The notes under the pieces: model-generated | Database searches by the model: none | Told to the model about the DNA's origin: nothing | Seen by the model: only the letters and a program-made list of their open reading frames with translations | NCBI RefSeq assembly: GCF_009914755.1 | Contig: NC_060935.1 | Reading direction: 5' to 3' (one strand) | DNA length: 64,000 nucleotides | Source: the human T2T-CHM13v2.0 reference genome, Homo sapiens | Translations under genes and position numbers: made by a program | Shown: in pieces, positions 1 through 15,176 of the stretch | How the letters are laid out: every line of letters starts with the position of its first letter | Numbering within the stretch: the stretch's first letter is position 1

Positions 1-600
1 GACTTCTCATTGGAAACCTTATAGGACAGAAGGGAGTGGGATGACATATTCAAAGTGCTGAAGAAAAAACTGTTCACCAGGAATACTGTGTACAACAAAT
101 CTATCCTTTAATAATGAAAGAGAAATACAGACAAATAAAAGCTGAGACATTTATCACCATTTTATAAAATGGGTCACCAGACCCATCTTACGAGAAATGC
201 TGAAGGGAGTTCTTCCATCTGAAAGAAAAGGATGTTCACATGCAACAAGAAAACTTCTGAAGATACAAAACTCACTGATTAAAGTATATAGTATAAAGTA
301 TATAGACAAATTCAGAATACTCTAATACTGTAAGTGTGGTGTGCAAACTGCTTATATCTTTAGTATGCAGACTAGAAGACAAAACTATTTAAAATAATAA
401 TAACTACAACAATTTGTTGAGATAGGCAATATAAAAATATATAAATTGAGACATCCAAAAGTAAAAATGTAGGGAATCTGGAGTTAAAGTGTAGGGTTTT
501 TTAGAGTTTGTTTCTTTCTTTTATTCTTTGTGGTCAAAGTTAAGTTGTCCTTGGTTTAAAATAACTTGTAACTATAAAAAGTTTTTGTAAGCTTCGTGAG
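1..600 (+). mobile_element. Old L1 (L1M) fragment: ORF1 C-terminus and inter-ORF region
   Basis: Frameshifted translation resembles the L1 ORF1p C-terminus (DFSLETL..RREWDDIFKVLK..., TRPILREMLKGVL). Confidence 0.8.
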
Positions 601-719
601 ACAACAGAGAAGGGTAACACAAGATTTCGAACAGAATGTCTGATTCCAAAGACTTCAAACTTAATCATCTTCCACAAGGCTACCACCACTCCATCTAATT
701 GCATATTTTCTTTCTTTGC

Positions 720-965
720 TTAATCAATTTATTAGCTTAATCGTTTAAATGTTTCACTGTGAATTTGTGCTAGGCACTATACTAGGTGCTGGAGAATACA
801 GGGTTAAGTAAAACGACCCAGTCTCTGCCATCCCATCTGCATTCTAATGGAAATAGTAGATGTTGCACAACTAATTACGAATGTGATGAGTATAACAAAG
901 GAAAAGTGTGAAGTGGTTTGGGAGCTTATAATAAAGGGGCCAAATCTAATCTGGTGGATTACAGG
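720..965 (-). mobile_element. L2 3' end fragment
   Basis: tgtgctaggcactatactaggtgctggagaataca matches the antisense L2 3' end. Confidence 0.6.
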
Positions 966-1009
966 CTTCCCCAAGCCACCTATCTATGCATTGTTTACAC
1001 ATAATTAAG

Positions 1010-1310
1010 TCACACTGTTTTTGTAATTTTATATGTTGCTTTGGTCATATAACTCTATATCCTGAGCATTTACTGAGTAATTAAATGTTATTTGTTTCAA
1101 CTGCCTACATAATATTTAGACATGGGAATGCATTCATTTATTTCACCATTTTATATTATTAGATATTTTACTACTTTCCCATTTTTCTTTATTATAGTCA
1201 ACAATACAGTCAATATTATTGTGCATAAATCTCTTTATATATGTTAAATAATTTTTCATGGGGAAAGTATCCCCAAATTTGAAGGTTTCGGATACTTAGA
1301 GTATTGTAGA
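1010..1310 (-). mobile_element. Old L1 (L1ME-like) fragment
   Basis: T-rich sequence resembling antisense L1 ORF2 end (ttttcttattatagtcaacaatacagtc...). Confidence 0.45.
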
Positions 1311-1679
1311 ATTTTAAATGTACATTTGCTAAATGGATGAATGTATAAATGAATGGGGAAAAAAAGCATATTATCACCATTTCAATTTGAAAGAGATTTG
1401 TGGCCATTCTGAGGAAGGGAAATGTATCTCTATATAGTTCTTGTTATGACTCAAGTCCGAAGTGTCATTATTGACAGCAAAAAATTAAAAAGCGTTGGCA
1501 CCTTCACCAATTACACTTCTATGTGTAGTTTTGTACAGAATCACATTTCATTATTAGCATAAAACAAGACCGTCTTCCTCAATGCCTACCACCAAAACTC
1601 TGAGTGCCACCCAGTCACCAATAGGGGATTCTACTTGTGAATTTCATGCATGCTGTCTGTTATCCCCACTAAGGGATAA

Positions 1680-1810
1680 GAGCTCTGGAGACCAGCTATG
1701 TGACCATGTACACTTTTCTTAACTCCTTAGGTTCTAACTTCCTTATTTAGAAAATTAGGAATAAAATCTCTGGCTTTGTGACTATTAAGAATATTAAAAG
1801 ATAAAAGAGG
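1680..1810 (+). mobile_element. MIR fragment
   Basis: agctatgtgacc...cttaactcct...ttccttatttagaaaattaggaataa resembles the MIR core. Confidence 0.55.
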
Positions 1811-1929
1811 GATGATATACATGTGCTGCACACCAACAGTGTATGAACTGTGTAAGGGCCTTCATTATATATAATGCCTACCAGTGGTGACTCAAGTAGC
1901 ATTCAGACTATTTGTTAAGAAAGAAAAAA

Positions 1930-2130
1930 TGTGGGGAGAAGGGATCAGGGAATAAGTGGATGATAGCTAAAGAAAATAGGTCTTCTTTTTGAGGTGATAA
2001 GAATGTTATGAAATTGACTATGGTGATGGTTCCACATATCTACGAATACACTAAAAACCTAGTAATTGTGCGGTTTACATGAGTAAATTTGATGGTATAT
2101 GAAATACATCTCAATAAAGCTATTTTGTAA
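1930..2130 (+). mobile_element. L1MB-like 3' UTR end
   Basis: tttttgaggtgataagaatgtt...tggtgatggtt...atctcaataaagct is the typical L1MB terminus. Confidence 0.75.
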
Positions 2131-2199
2131 AAGTAAGTTATTAAGCAGCAATATAGCCCTAGTCAGACAGATTCTGGCCTAAGAAAAACTATGTTTTAA

Positions 2200-2910
<711 letters not shown>

Positions 2911-3055
2911 TCATCTCCAAGTTTGTGCCTCTGCCAGACTCAATACTTGCTTCTTAAATATATTCCCATTTATAATCTAAATTCTTTGCCTATGGCACAA
3001 TTTCACCAAAAATAATTTAGAATCACAGTACCACTTAGGAGAATTTTTGATATAA

Positions 3056-3406
<351 letters not shown>

Positions 3407-3743
3407 TAATGGTCTTCCTTTTTCTATTGGAATAAAGAAATCTCTAAACAAAATTCTTCAGTGAAGTTTATTATTATGTTCATGAAAAACCTCTTTGCCC
3501 AAAGCTAATAAAATTTGTGAACATTTCAGAAAATTTCACTTTTGAATCATCAAAAACTTGTTTCTCTTGTCATTGCCTATACCCAACAGTACCATTTCTT
3601 ACTTTTAATCCTTTTCTAAAGCGAGAAGGATTATCTTTCAGATCCTCTTCCCTTTTCCTCCAATTCCCCTAGTCTTAAACCATCTTTCCCCCAACTGATT
3701 TCATCCTAAAAGTCACAATTCCATTAAAGACAAGATTACTACC

Positions 3744-3958
3744 CACCTGAGCAACATAGCAAGACCCTGTTTCTACAAAAAATAAAAATAATTAACTAGG
3801 CATGGTGGTGTGCATCTGTAGTCCCAGCTACTTGAGAGAAGAAACAGGAGGGTCATTTGTGCCCAGGAATTGGAGGCTGTAGTGAGCTATGACTGTGCTA
3901 CTGTGCTCCAGCCTGGGCAACAGAATCAGACCCTGTCTCTAAATAATGATAACAATAA
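3744..3958 (+). mobile_element. AluJ-like, 5'-truncated
   Basis: gcaacatagcaagaccctg...gaggctgtagtgagctatga (J-type motifs). Confidence 0.82.
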
Positions 3959-4124
3959 TGTCACCAAAACAGGAATAAATACCTAGAAAGCAGGTTTTAA
4001 ACTCTACCCTCAGTCTTATTTATAGGCAATCACCACATATTTTCCCAAATCCTCAGAGGAAAGAAACATTTACTGAAGAACTTTAATAATATTGGGAACT
4101 CACCATCCCAGCCTCCCTGATCTG

Positions 4125-4238
4125 TATATAATATATATATATATATAATATATATAATAACTAATATTTTTCTTAGTATACCTATTCAATATTCAATGCT
4201 AAGTCAGGCACACACACACACACACACACACCACACAC
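4125..4238. repeat. (TA)n (4125-4160) and (CA)n (4208-4238) microsatellites
   Basis: Directly visible. Confidence 0.9.
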
Positions 4239-4504
4239 CCCTTACTGGAAATACTTTTAAATGTGAAGTTATTCTTGATATCTAGCAAAGAGAACAGGGA
4301 TGGAGAAAAAGCACAAAATGTGAGACAGCCCTTACCTAGGATTATCCTTGCTGTAACTCCAGCAAAGAATGAGTAGATAATAATGCAGTCTTGCAAGCAA
4401 AGAAAGGGCAAACTCAACAGAGGTTTTAGAAATCACCTTTTCAATAACTTCAGTCAATATTCAGGTAGGTCCACAGGCCAGTGTTTCTGGAGGACTATCA
4501 TTAT

Positions 4505-4830
4505 TTTGTTTAAATTTTTTAAATTATTTTTATTGATATGTAACTGGTGAACATATTTTCAAGGTTCAAGTAATAATTTGATATATTCATATAATGTGTA
4601 AAGGTCAAATCAGGATAATTAGGATTTCCATCACCTTAAATATTTATCTTTAATTTAGAAACATTCAAATTATTTTTTCTAGCTATTTTAAAATGTACAA
4701 TGGGTTATTGTTAACTATAGTCACCCTACTTATCTACAGATCACTAGGATCACTAGGTCTTAGTTCTTCTAACTTTATATTGCAGCCATTAATCGACCTC
4801 TTTTCATAACCCCCACTCCCACCACTATCC
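4505..4830 (-). mobile_element. L1MA-like 3' end
   Basis: tttattgatatgtaa...gtcaaatcaggataattaggatttccatcacc matches the antisense L1MA 3' UTR. Confidence 0.78.
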
Positions 4831-5029
4831 TCATTTTTTATGAATGGTCTTAAGCCAGAAATATAGGACTTGGTGTATAAACAAATACTAAATAGAAAAT
4901 AATTCTAACAGACCTTTAGCAGTTGCCCAAACCTATTGAGAGGATCTTAGAGCAAAATAGAATATGGCCCAAAACAGGTTAATGGCTGTGCAAAATAAAG
5001 TAAGTGAATGGCTCCACACCATCTTGGAT

Positions 5030-6860
5030 GCTCCCAAACGGTGAGCCCATATGCAGATAGAATCATAGACTTTTGGGATTGTTCATGATTTGTGGTGCTT
5101 TGAAAAGAGTAATTGTTTCTTTTTTATATATATTTTTATAGATTTAGGGACTACAAGTATAGTTTTGCTACAGGGATATATTGCGTAGTGGTGAAGTCTG
5201 GGCTTTTAGTTTTACCATCGCCCAAATAGTGTACAATGTACCTGTTAAGTAATTTATCATACCTTACACCCCTCCCACCCTCCCACCATTCTGAATCACC
5301 AGTGTCTATCATTCTACTCTTTATGTCCATGTGTACACATTATTTAGCTTCTACTTATAAGTGAGAGCATGTGGTATTCAATTTTCTGAGTTATTTTACT
5401 TCAGATAATAGCTTCCAGTTCCCTCTATGTTGTTGAAAATACATTATTTTATTTTTTATGGCTAAGTAGTATTCCATGGTGTGTGTGTGTGTGTGTGTGC
5501 GCGCACGTGCGCAACACACTATATTTTCCTTATCCAGTTATCCATTGGTAGGCACTTAAGTTGATTCTATATCTGGGCTACTGTGAATAGTGCTGTGATA
5601 AACATACAAGTACAGGTATCTTTTTGATATAATGATGTCTAGAAAAGAGTAATTGTTTCTAAATAGAAAATGGAAACTTACCAAAACTGTTTAAGTAGTC
5701 AAGGAACTTCTAGATGTCCTAATGCTGACAAAGAAAGTAGCTACTCTAAAAGCAATAATGCTTTTATATATAAATGTTCTGGAGGCTAAAGGACACAATC
5801 TAGCCCATTATTATGCCAAGGAAATCGTCCTTATAAAGGTACTGACTTGTGATACTCCCCCAAATATGTGGATTTGGGAAGTGTTCAAATAAGCCATCAT
5901 GGAAGGTCAAAATTCAGCCCCAACATCAAAAAACAAATACTGAAAACTATATAACTTGTATGCTAAGATCCTGCATGAAATAAACATCACAGCAAGAACA
6001 AACTGGCCACCATTATAAACCAGCACCGTTAGGGGAATTTGGGAAAAGTCATCAGGATTTCTCGACTACATGTCTTACCTGCCAAAACATAATCCTGGCA
6101 AAATTGTAAGGGTGAGCCATAAATGGAGAAAAACTTCAGGTGTATTTGACCCTCGAGATGGAATTTTACTTTCTTATTCTCATTATTTATCCTTGTTTTC
6201 GGGGTTGTTAAAGCTTTTCCCTGCCAAAGAACAACAACTTCAAAATCATCGCAATGCTGTTTAATGTTGTGTTTCTTACTTGACGAATCTCTACTACCTT
6301 TCTGGTAATAACTGTGCTCATTATACTGGGACAGTCATCAAAGAGCTTTGCAAGCCATTACCCTCACTTGAGACATTATCTCTACTTTTCAGGTAAAATA
6401 AAAAGGGCCAATGAAATTCTCAAATTAAAGTTAGCCAGACTTTGAGAAATACTTGAACTTTATTAGCCAAGGTCCTGTCCCTAGCCTAAAGAAAATAATA
6501 TCAACACTCTTTAAAGTTCATCAATCTCTTTTTTTGTCATTTAACAACAAGCCACCATGCATCTAACAATATAACTTACAGTCTTAGACTTTGTCCTAAT
6601 GCAAGTAAATATGGTCAAAATACAATAAGGGACTCATGCAGTACACTCAATCTTATCAACAGACATGGGCAGCCCTCCTGAGAGTTCATTTAGAAATCCT
6701 TGCACAATCTAAAACCTAAAAAATTGGCCTGCTGAAAGAGATATCACAGAAAGATATCCTTTGAATGCAGTGGAAAGGGATTTATATCAGTTAACAATTA
6801 GCAAATCATTAAAATTCCAGGTGTAGATCTTTAGATTCATGCCTCACTGTTTAAAAGTTA
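5030..6860 (+). pseudogene. Decayed pol (RNase H and integrase) of the ancient ERV1 provirus
   Basis: RNase H-like FGIVHD, VKELLDVLMLTKKVA, EAKGHNLAHYYAK; integrase CLTCQ-KHNPGKIVRVSH (~6071-6120, one frameshift), KAFPCQ, SGKIKRANEILKLKLA (~6389-6436), WKG-YQ (~6771). Confidence 0.78.
5121..5641 (-). mobile_element. 5'-truncated L1 (L1PB/early L1MA) inserted in the ERV RNase H
   Basis: gtagtggtgaagtctgggcttttag 3' UTR; perfect 19-bp TSD gaaaagagtaattgtttct at 5102-5120 and 5642-5660; internal (TG)n. Confidence 0.88.
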
Positions 6861-7049
6861 CAAGTGATCCTCAGAACACAGGTAGACCATTCCAGCTATA
6901 GATCTCAGGCTAAGAATTCTTAAGAATTGATGATCTTCAGAAGGAGAATGCTAACCTAAGATATTCAGCTCAAGCAAACCGCAACATAACGGAGATAGCC
7001 ACCACCCAAGATCTTTAGAACTAGATCATCCAGCTGCCCAGAAGCACAG

Positions 7050-8300
7050 AGTAACATACTATCATTTGTTTAGCACCCTTGCTTTAATGTTTGCCTACTT
7101 CTTGCCACTTTGCTGATTTTCACTCATACATTGCTGATAAAAGAGCACTGCATCATAACCAGGTTGAAGAGATTATCTTTAACCATACTCATACCCACTT
7201 TGTTCTAAATAGAATTATCCAACGCTATTGTAAGATTTTTACAGACTTTGGCTATAGCCCTAAATGATACTGACTCAAGTTTGCCATACACCACCCAGCA
7301 CTTCAGATAAAAATCTAATCATCATTTACCTAAACATCCAGGGAGTCATTCCACTACACTGTTCTAGTACCTGAAATATAACCACAGTATTAACTATAAC
7401 ATCCAGTCATATAAAAATTGAACTTGACTGTGTAACAGCAAAATATTTCTATAAAAACGATTATAGTGTTGTCAATAGAAATCAGAAACACATTAAGAAC
7501 AAGTATTGAGGCTACATTTTCTGTACTAGGTCACTTGTTCTCCTCAGAGATTCTCCAATATCCTTATAGCAGTTATTCAACTCCAGTTAGAGAAATTTTT
7601 TTCCCAAAGGAAAGAAGATAACTGGCATACTTCTATTATGATAAACATCTACTCCCCAACAAAATTTGTGTTCCAATGGATTACTATCTTTCATGTTGAC
7701 AACAAGTCCTCACTTGTTTAATATAAATAAATTTTACTTGTATATATTGAGTAATTGATAGAGACTTTCAAGTATTCGTGATCTTTTTACCTCTGTGCTT
7801 CGTATTTCATTGAAGTGCATTCCCAAGAATTTCTGCAGCCACTATAGGCTACTCTGGAGAATTGCTCATAGTAATCACTGATTCACTTTTTCTATATGCC
7901 ATCAATAATTTCTACAACGAAGGTTTTGCAAATTGAAAAAGTAGTCAGAAATTAGTTATTAAAGTTAGCCAAAGTTATAAATTATATTCTTCCAGTGCTT
8001 AAGCCTTAGCAGACAGGTCTAAACTCTTCAGCCCAAGTAAAATAAACAATTAAATAGCTTTCATTTTCTATTTGTTAGCCATGGCACTACCTGTGCCATT
8101 TCTAATATTTCATGTTGAATTTGGATGAACACAATTCTTCAAGTAGAATAATTTATCTCCAAACTGAAGGTCATGGCCACCTGCTTCTTCCAGGTAGACC
8201 AAAAGGGACTCTAAGGCATGCTTTTCTTCTGAGTTTGGCATGTGAGGGCCATGGCTTTAAAGCATTCAGGCTCTTATTCTTCATGAGTGTTACAGGTAGC
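7050..8300 (+). pseudogene. Decayed gamma-type env of the ancient ERV1 provirus
   Basis: SU-like SNAIVRFLQTLAIALNDTD..VCH (~7218-7290); TM GLNSSAQV..., then SHGTTCAISNISC*IWMNTILQVE, a CX6CC motif with the last Cys replaced by TGA (8092-8118). Confidence 0.72.
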
Positions 8301-8521
8301 AATTGTTGTTTCTCCTGAGTCTTACATAATGCTGCACAGTCACTGTTATGTCAGGTGATCCAACCACTCATCATTTGACAAGAGAAGCAAGAAGGCCAGA
8401 TCCAGGTCTGACTCCAAACATTTTTTTACTGGGATGAATATGTCACCTAGTGAATAAGACAGTGGTGTAGATCTGCAATGAGACTGATTTTGTGGCTGAC
8501 CTTTTGGCCTAGACAGGGGAT

Positions 8522-9200
8522 TATCTAAAGTCAGAATTCTGAAAATCTGTAAAACGAACCTCATCAGTTATGTAATACTGAGAACCAGAAAAACTATCCC
8601 ATCAATTATTCAACTATGCTTTATTCAGAACCTTATGTCACTTAGATTGGCCCTAAACTTAAAATTTCAAAAAATCCAAAGACCTCCCCACTCCTTCTGA
8701 TATCCTGGCCTAAGAATTCCCAATTCCAACACATAAGTAATAAAAAGCACACACTCATTTTCTTAAACATGTTATTTAAGATTGTATGTGTGGTACTCTC
8801 ACTTACTATGTAGTAAGTCAATAAAACTTAGTTTGTCTATAAAGGTTAAGCATCCCTAATCTGAAAATCCAAAATCCAAAATGCTCCGAAATCTGAAGCT
8901 TTTTGAGCAGCAACATGACACCACATGTGGAAAATCCCACATGAAAGTACTTAACACAAACTTTGTTTCATGCACAAAATTATTAAAAATATTGTATAAA
9001 TTACCCTCAGGCCACATGCATAAGGTGCATATGAAACATAAATGAATTTTGTGGTTAGACTTCGGTCCTATCCTCAAGATATCTTACTATGTATATGCAA
9101 TTATTCTAAAAATTGAAAAAATCTGGAATCCAAAACACTTCTCATCCCAAGTATTTCAAATAAGGGATACTCGACCTGTATTATAACAGGTATTTTTATT
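8522..9200 (+). mobile_element. 3' LTR of the ancient ERV1 (MER31/MER67/MER110-like), interrupted by Tigger4
   Basis: Follows env and a purine tract (agacagggga); cttactatgtagtaagtcaataaaacttagtttgtct...aacaggt resembles the R/U5 of this LTR group; subfamily uncertain. Confidence 0.55.
8842..9178 (+). mobile_element. Tigger4b/MER46B (TcMar-Tigger) non-autonomous element
   Basis: TIRs aaggttaagcatccctaatctgaaa / tttcaaataagggatactcgacctg; TA on both sides. Confidence 0.88.
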
Positions 9201-9599
9201 TGAGAATAAAAATGTACCACAAATAGGCAACAGAGGCAACTAGTAGACAAGTGGAGGATTTGTTGACATAGTGTAGAATCACTTCTTCGAAGATAAAAGG
9301 AAAGAAGGTAGATTGTACAGCCCAGACACACTGCCATATCATTTCTATGATTAGCCTCAAGAAGATTGGTACATGCCCCATGCCAGATCAGCCTTCCCCT
9401 TCACTGCTGTGATATGGTATTGACTCATCTGGCCTAAACTTAGCTAGTATGGAATAAAATCAAATGGTAGTTATATAGACATGTGGATCAAAGTAGATGG
9501 GATAAAGAATAGGTCTATAGTGAGCCTTGATATTCTAAGAAAACTACCTGGTTCAAAATAATAGGAGACAAGTAAATGAGTGACACACATATTTTTATT

Positions 9600-10910
<1,311 letters not shown>

Positions 10911-10919
10911 ATTAGTTAT

Positions 10920-11220
10920 AGAAGATTGAACACCTGTCCTTTGTGTATGCCCAATATTTTTTTAGCACTTTCCTAAATTTTGGCAATTTTTTACACTAGG
11001 AATTCTACCTCCTAATGTAGAAATAGGAAAACTAACATTCTTAATATCTCTGTAACTAAGATGCAGACATGTGACTTCACACTCAGGAAGACTTGAAATA
11101 GAAAAATGTGTAACAAGAGTAGGCTGCAGTATATAGGGAAATCAATCTTGCAGGAATCTCAGTGACAGAGATACTTAATTCTTCAGCAGTGGCAGTGATG
11201 GGATATACAGAAGCAAAAGA
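10920..11220 (-). mobile_element. Possible old ERVL LTR fragment (LTR16/LTR33-like)
   Basis: ctctgtaactaagatgcagacatgtgact resembles the LTR16-type motif. Confidence 0.3.
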
Positions 11221-11245
11221 ACTGGCTGTGAATTAAAAAGTTTAA

Positions 11246-11290
11246 TACAGTTAGGCTTCTCTAAACATCAAATTTCAGATAATCTGATTA
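11246..11290 (+). repeat. 45-bp dispersed direct repeat, copy 1
   Basis: tacagttaggcttctctaaacatcaaatttcagataatctgatta; 41/45 identical to 12403-12447. Confidence 0.9.
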
Positions 11291-11569
11291 AAAACTAGCT
11301 GAAAAGAAACCTGAATTGTTTTGAAATGATTATAACCACTTAGCATAAATACAAAAAATGGCCCATTCACTTCTTTTTAATTTCCTAGAATTTTCATAAC
11401 TCTTACTCAGTCAAATATATTGCTCCCTATATATATTTTGTGCCCATTAATGCATTACTGATGGGTACAAAAACTGGAATATTTCATGAAACACTTTTAC
11501 CAGAGGACATCTAGCCAACTGAAGAACTTTGACTTAATGTCAGTAATGGGAGAGAGTGGAAGGAAGTCA

Positions 11570-11900
11570 AATGTTTGAGCACCTACTAATTGGAATTAAT
11601 AAGCATTGGGCCTATTACCTACATTTTCTCATTGAAGTCTCACAATCACCCAAAAAAGTGGTTACTAATATCTCCATTTAACAAATAAGAAAGCTGAGGG
11701 AGGCTAAACAATCCACAAACACTCACTTTCCTAGTGGAAAAGATTTTCTTATTTTATCTTTACAACAACAATTGTACCCATTTTGTAGATGAAAAAGTGG
11801 AGCCAAAATCACAAAGGTAGGATATGCTATAGCCAGGATTTCATTCCTGGTTTGGCTGATTCTAAGCAGGGACTTTTAACATTAGTGCTACCTTGTCATC
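11570..11900 (-). mobile_element. Two MIR fragments
   Basis: ctccatttaacaaataagaaagctgagg and cccattttgtagatgaaaaagtggag. Confidence 0.6.
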
Positions 11901-12402
11901 ACTTAGTACAACGATACATACATAGTGAACTATCAATTCCTGGTAGTTTTTATTACTATTAAGATTTAAACTAATATCTGTCTGGCTCTAAAGTCAACCT
12001 AGGTTAGACTCTACCATACTGCTTCCCAAATTTTACTGAGGTTGGTATATATATATGCATATACTCAGAAATAAAAAATATTCAGTGGATTTGATGCCCC
12101 CTGGGTATTGGCACAGCTTCAGTTCTAGATTGAAGTCATATTTACTCAAGATTACATTGAAATTACACAGGAATGGCAAAATGATACATTGCAAAGGATC
12201 TACTCTAAAATACTCTTCACCCTCCATGCTAAGTGAAATGCAAATGATTTGTAGCTGATAATTTATTATTAATTTAACTTACCAATATTTTATAAATATG
12301 TATTGAATAATCCTAAGCCAACAGTTTGCTATAAATAAAAAGATGATTGATATTCAACAAGCCACACAATTGATTTTTGATCTCCTGCCTCAAACACAAT
12401 GT

Positions 12403-12447
12403 TACAATTAGGCTTCTCCAAACATCAGATTTCACATAATCTGATTA
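12403..12447 (+). repeat. 45-bp dispersed direct repeat, copy 2
   Basis: tacaattaggcttctccaaacatcagatttcacataatctgatta. Confidence 0.9.
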
Positions 12448-12609
12448 CGTGATAAATTGATTTGAATTGACGTTCAATTTCAGTTTTATGAAGTTCCACA
12501 ATAAGGCACGCAGGATAGACACCTGATTGAATAGCCCACACTTCAGTCTACTGAGAGCCAGGCACGCCTGGAAGTGTCCTAAAAAAAGCCTCCATTGACA
12601 CCACTTGAG

Positions 12610-13160
12610 AGGCAGTAAAGCATGATGGTGATGAACCTGGAGCTAGACTACTTGAGTTCAAATCTCAGTTTCATAACATTTATTAGCTGAGTGACCTTGG
12701 ACAAGTTACATAACCTCTCATCTTTAAGATAGGGTAATAATACCTTCTGCACAGGTTTATGAGGCTTGAAGAGCTAAAATTTCTTTTTTTTTAATTATTA
12801 TTATTATTATTATTATTTTGAGACAGAGTTTCGCTCTTGCCCAGGCTGGAGTGCAATGGCGTGCTCTCGGCTCACCACAACCTCTGCCTCTCAGGTTCAA
12901 GCCTCCTGCCTCAGCCTCCTGAGTAGCTGGGATTACAGGCATGCACCACCATGCCCAGCTAACTTTTTTGTATTTTTAGTAGAGACGGAGTTTCTCTGTG
13001 TTGGTCAGGCTGGTCTCGAACTCCTGACCTCAGGTGATCTGCCTGCCTCGGCCTCCCAAAGTTCTGGGATTACAGGCGTGAGCCACTGTGCCCAGTCTTG
13101 AAGAGCTAAAATTTCTAAAGCACTCAGAAAAGAGGCTTGTAGAAAACACTATGCAAATAC
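12610..13160 (+). mobile_element. MIR interrupted by AluSp
   Basis: ctggagctagactacttgagttcaaatctcag...gtgaccttggacaagttacataacctctc. Confidence 0.75.
12785..13097 (-). mobile_element. AluSp
   Basis: Sp-type ctcaccacaacctc and tttctc...gttggtcaggctgg; (ATT)n tail; 19-bp TSD ttgaagagctaaaatttct at 12766-12784 and 13098-13116. Confidence 0.9.
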
Positions 13161-13359
13161 TACATAATACAGCTATCATTTGCCATCAAAGGACTTTGGG
13201 AGAGTGGAATTTGTACTGTTGCACATACACACATGTATTATTATTTAAGAATGTTATTAAGTTAGAATGTGTGTTAGAATGTTTATTTTAATTGCTATGA
13301 ACCTTGATGCACAGAAATATTAATTTTTACAGCTGCTGGGAGTGGCAATTGCTGGCAAG

Positions 13360-13960
13360 CAGATTAGAGCAGTGGAGAAAGTACAAGCAAACATGGGTTT
13401 GAATTTCCATTCTACTGAAAAATTTTATGTGGCCTCATGCAAATTATTTAACCTCCCTAAGTCTCATTTTTCCCATATTTAAAACATGAATGATAATACC
13501 TAAGGTTTCAAGTAATGAGTATTAGAGAAAATGTACTCAAACCAATTAACCTAACACAAAGTGTGCATTCAATAAATGTTGATTTTCTTCATAATGAATT
13601 CATTGATTAAACATCTGTTCAGTGTTTTTGATATGCCAGATGCTGGAAATAGAAAAATAAACAAAACTGTACTCTGCCCTAAGAAGTTTACAGTGTATTG
13701 AGAAAGAAAGCTGGTCTAGTATGCACTATGATAGAGGTACGAGCATGATGTTATGGAATCACAGTTCAAAAGCACCAAAACTAGCCATGGATTCACTTAC
13801 TTCACTCATTGTATCCTCACATTACCCATTATATAGATGAGTAACCAAGACTTAAAGGTGAACTAGCTTGTTCAAGGTGACAAAGCTTTGAAATAAAAAA
13901 GCACGACTTGAAATCCTGGTCTTCTAACTTCAGGTTCAAGTCTTTTTCCACCGTGCAAAA
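13360..13960. mobile_element. Cluster: MIR (+, ~13360-13580), L2 (-, ~13595-13760), MIR (-, ~13800-13960)
   Basis: MIR core aaattatttaacctccctaagtctcatttt; L2 atgccagatgctggaaatag; MIR cccattatatagatgagtaaccaag. Confidence 0.6.
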
Positions 13961-15049
13961 CTACCTGCAACTTTGCTACATCCCTTGCTTTGGGTAGAAA
14001 AATCAATGTTACATCTCATGGTTAGAATAGGATAAATGGGTAGGAAATAGTGAAGAAGTAAAAGAACTTGCTAAAATCACTGCAAAAGCCTCACAGCTGG
14101 TAGCAATCATGTTACACATCTCTACCCACACTAGACTGTGAATTTCTTGGGGAACAAAAAAAATGCCTAGCTTATATTGTATCCTTAATGTGTATTACAG
14201 AGGCTGGCACAATAATTTATCTACTTACACCCTGTCATATTTCTGGATAGGATTTCATACTTACAAGGTACCAGAATGTGACAAAGTAAAATAACTTAAA
14301 AGTAGAGTGAAAAAGGAAAAAGAAACAAAGCTGGGGATAGCATTTCAAAAAAACCTGACCACAACATGCTGGTGAGCCACACATTTTGCTCTAGGCTATC
14401 CAAAATTAAATAAGGAAATCTTATATAACTCAAGATTTCCAGGAAATTTACAGCTATTTTAGTACTAAGCTCAGATAAAACTTTCTTTGGCAAACGGAAG
14501 GGTGGAAATTGTCTTTAAAAAATACTCTTTGTGTTATAGAGATTTACATGGTAAACATCTTACAACAGACACACAAATTGTAAGGTGTTTGTTTACAGAG
14601 TTCACCAACCTAGGCTGATGGCAAAACTCTCAAGTATACTTCAATAAAAGCAATTCTTCAGGGAATTAATATTGTGCCACCTAGTTACATAGTTCTCTGT
14701 TAAACCGGTTTGATATAGAGATAGATTTTATGATATCTAGATGTAATACAGTTTTTCAGGACTGAATTTGTTATGCATGTCCCACAGTAGGTCTTCAAAA
14801 AATATTGGATGGCTGGATGGGTGGATGGATGAATGACAAATACCAAACTTAGGTTAATGTGAAATTGTAATTCAGAAGTGTCTCTGCTTGAGACCATTTT
14901 TCCTGAACTTGAACTGCCAGAAATTTCTGCTTAAGAAGAGCTCTCTCTACTCCCAAATTTCTGGACTTTTCAGTATCCCCATGGCCTTCACAAAACAGAC
15001 TCTGCCATTCTCTTGGGGCTGTCTTGCCTGCAACTTTTTATCTTATTTC

Positions 15050-15096
<47 letters not shown>
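15050..15096. repeat. (TG)n microsatellite
   Basis: Directly visible. Confidence 0.95.
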
Positions 15097-15097
<1 letters not shown>

Positions 15098-15176
15098 GTA
15101 TATTATGTTATTTATATATTTTAGATTGCCTGATATTTCTTATGTTTGAATTCCTTTTCAGATCATTTTAGCTTCT

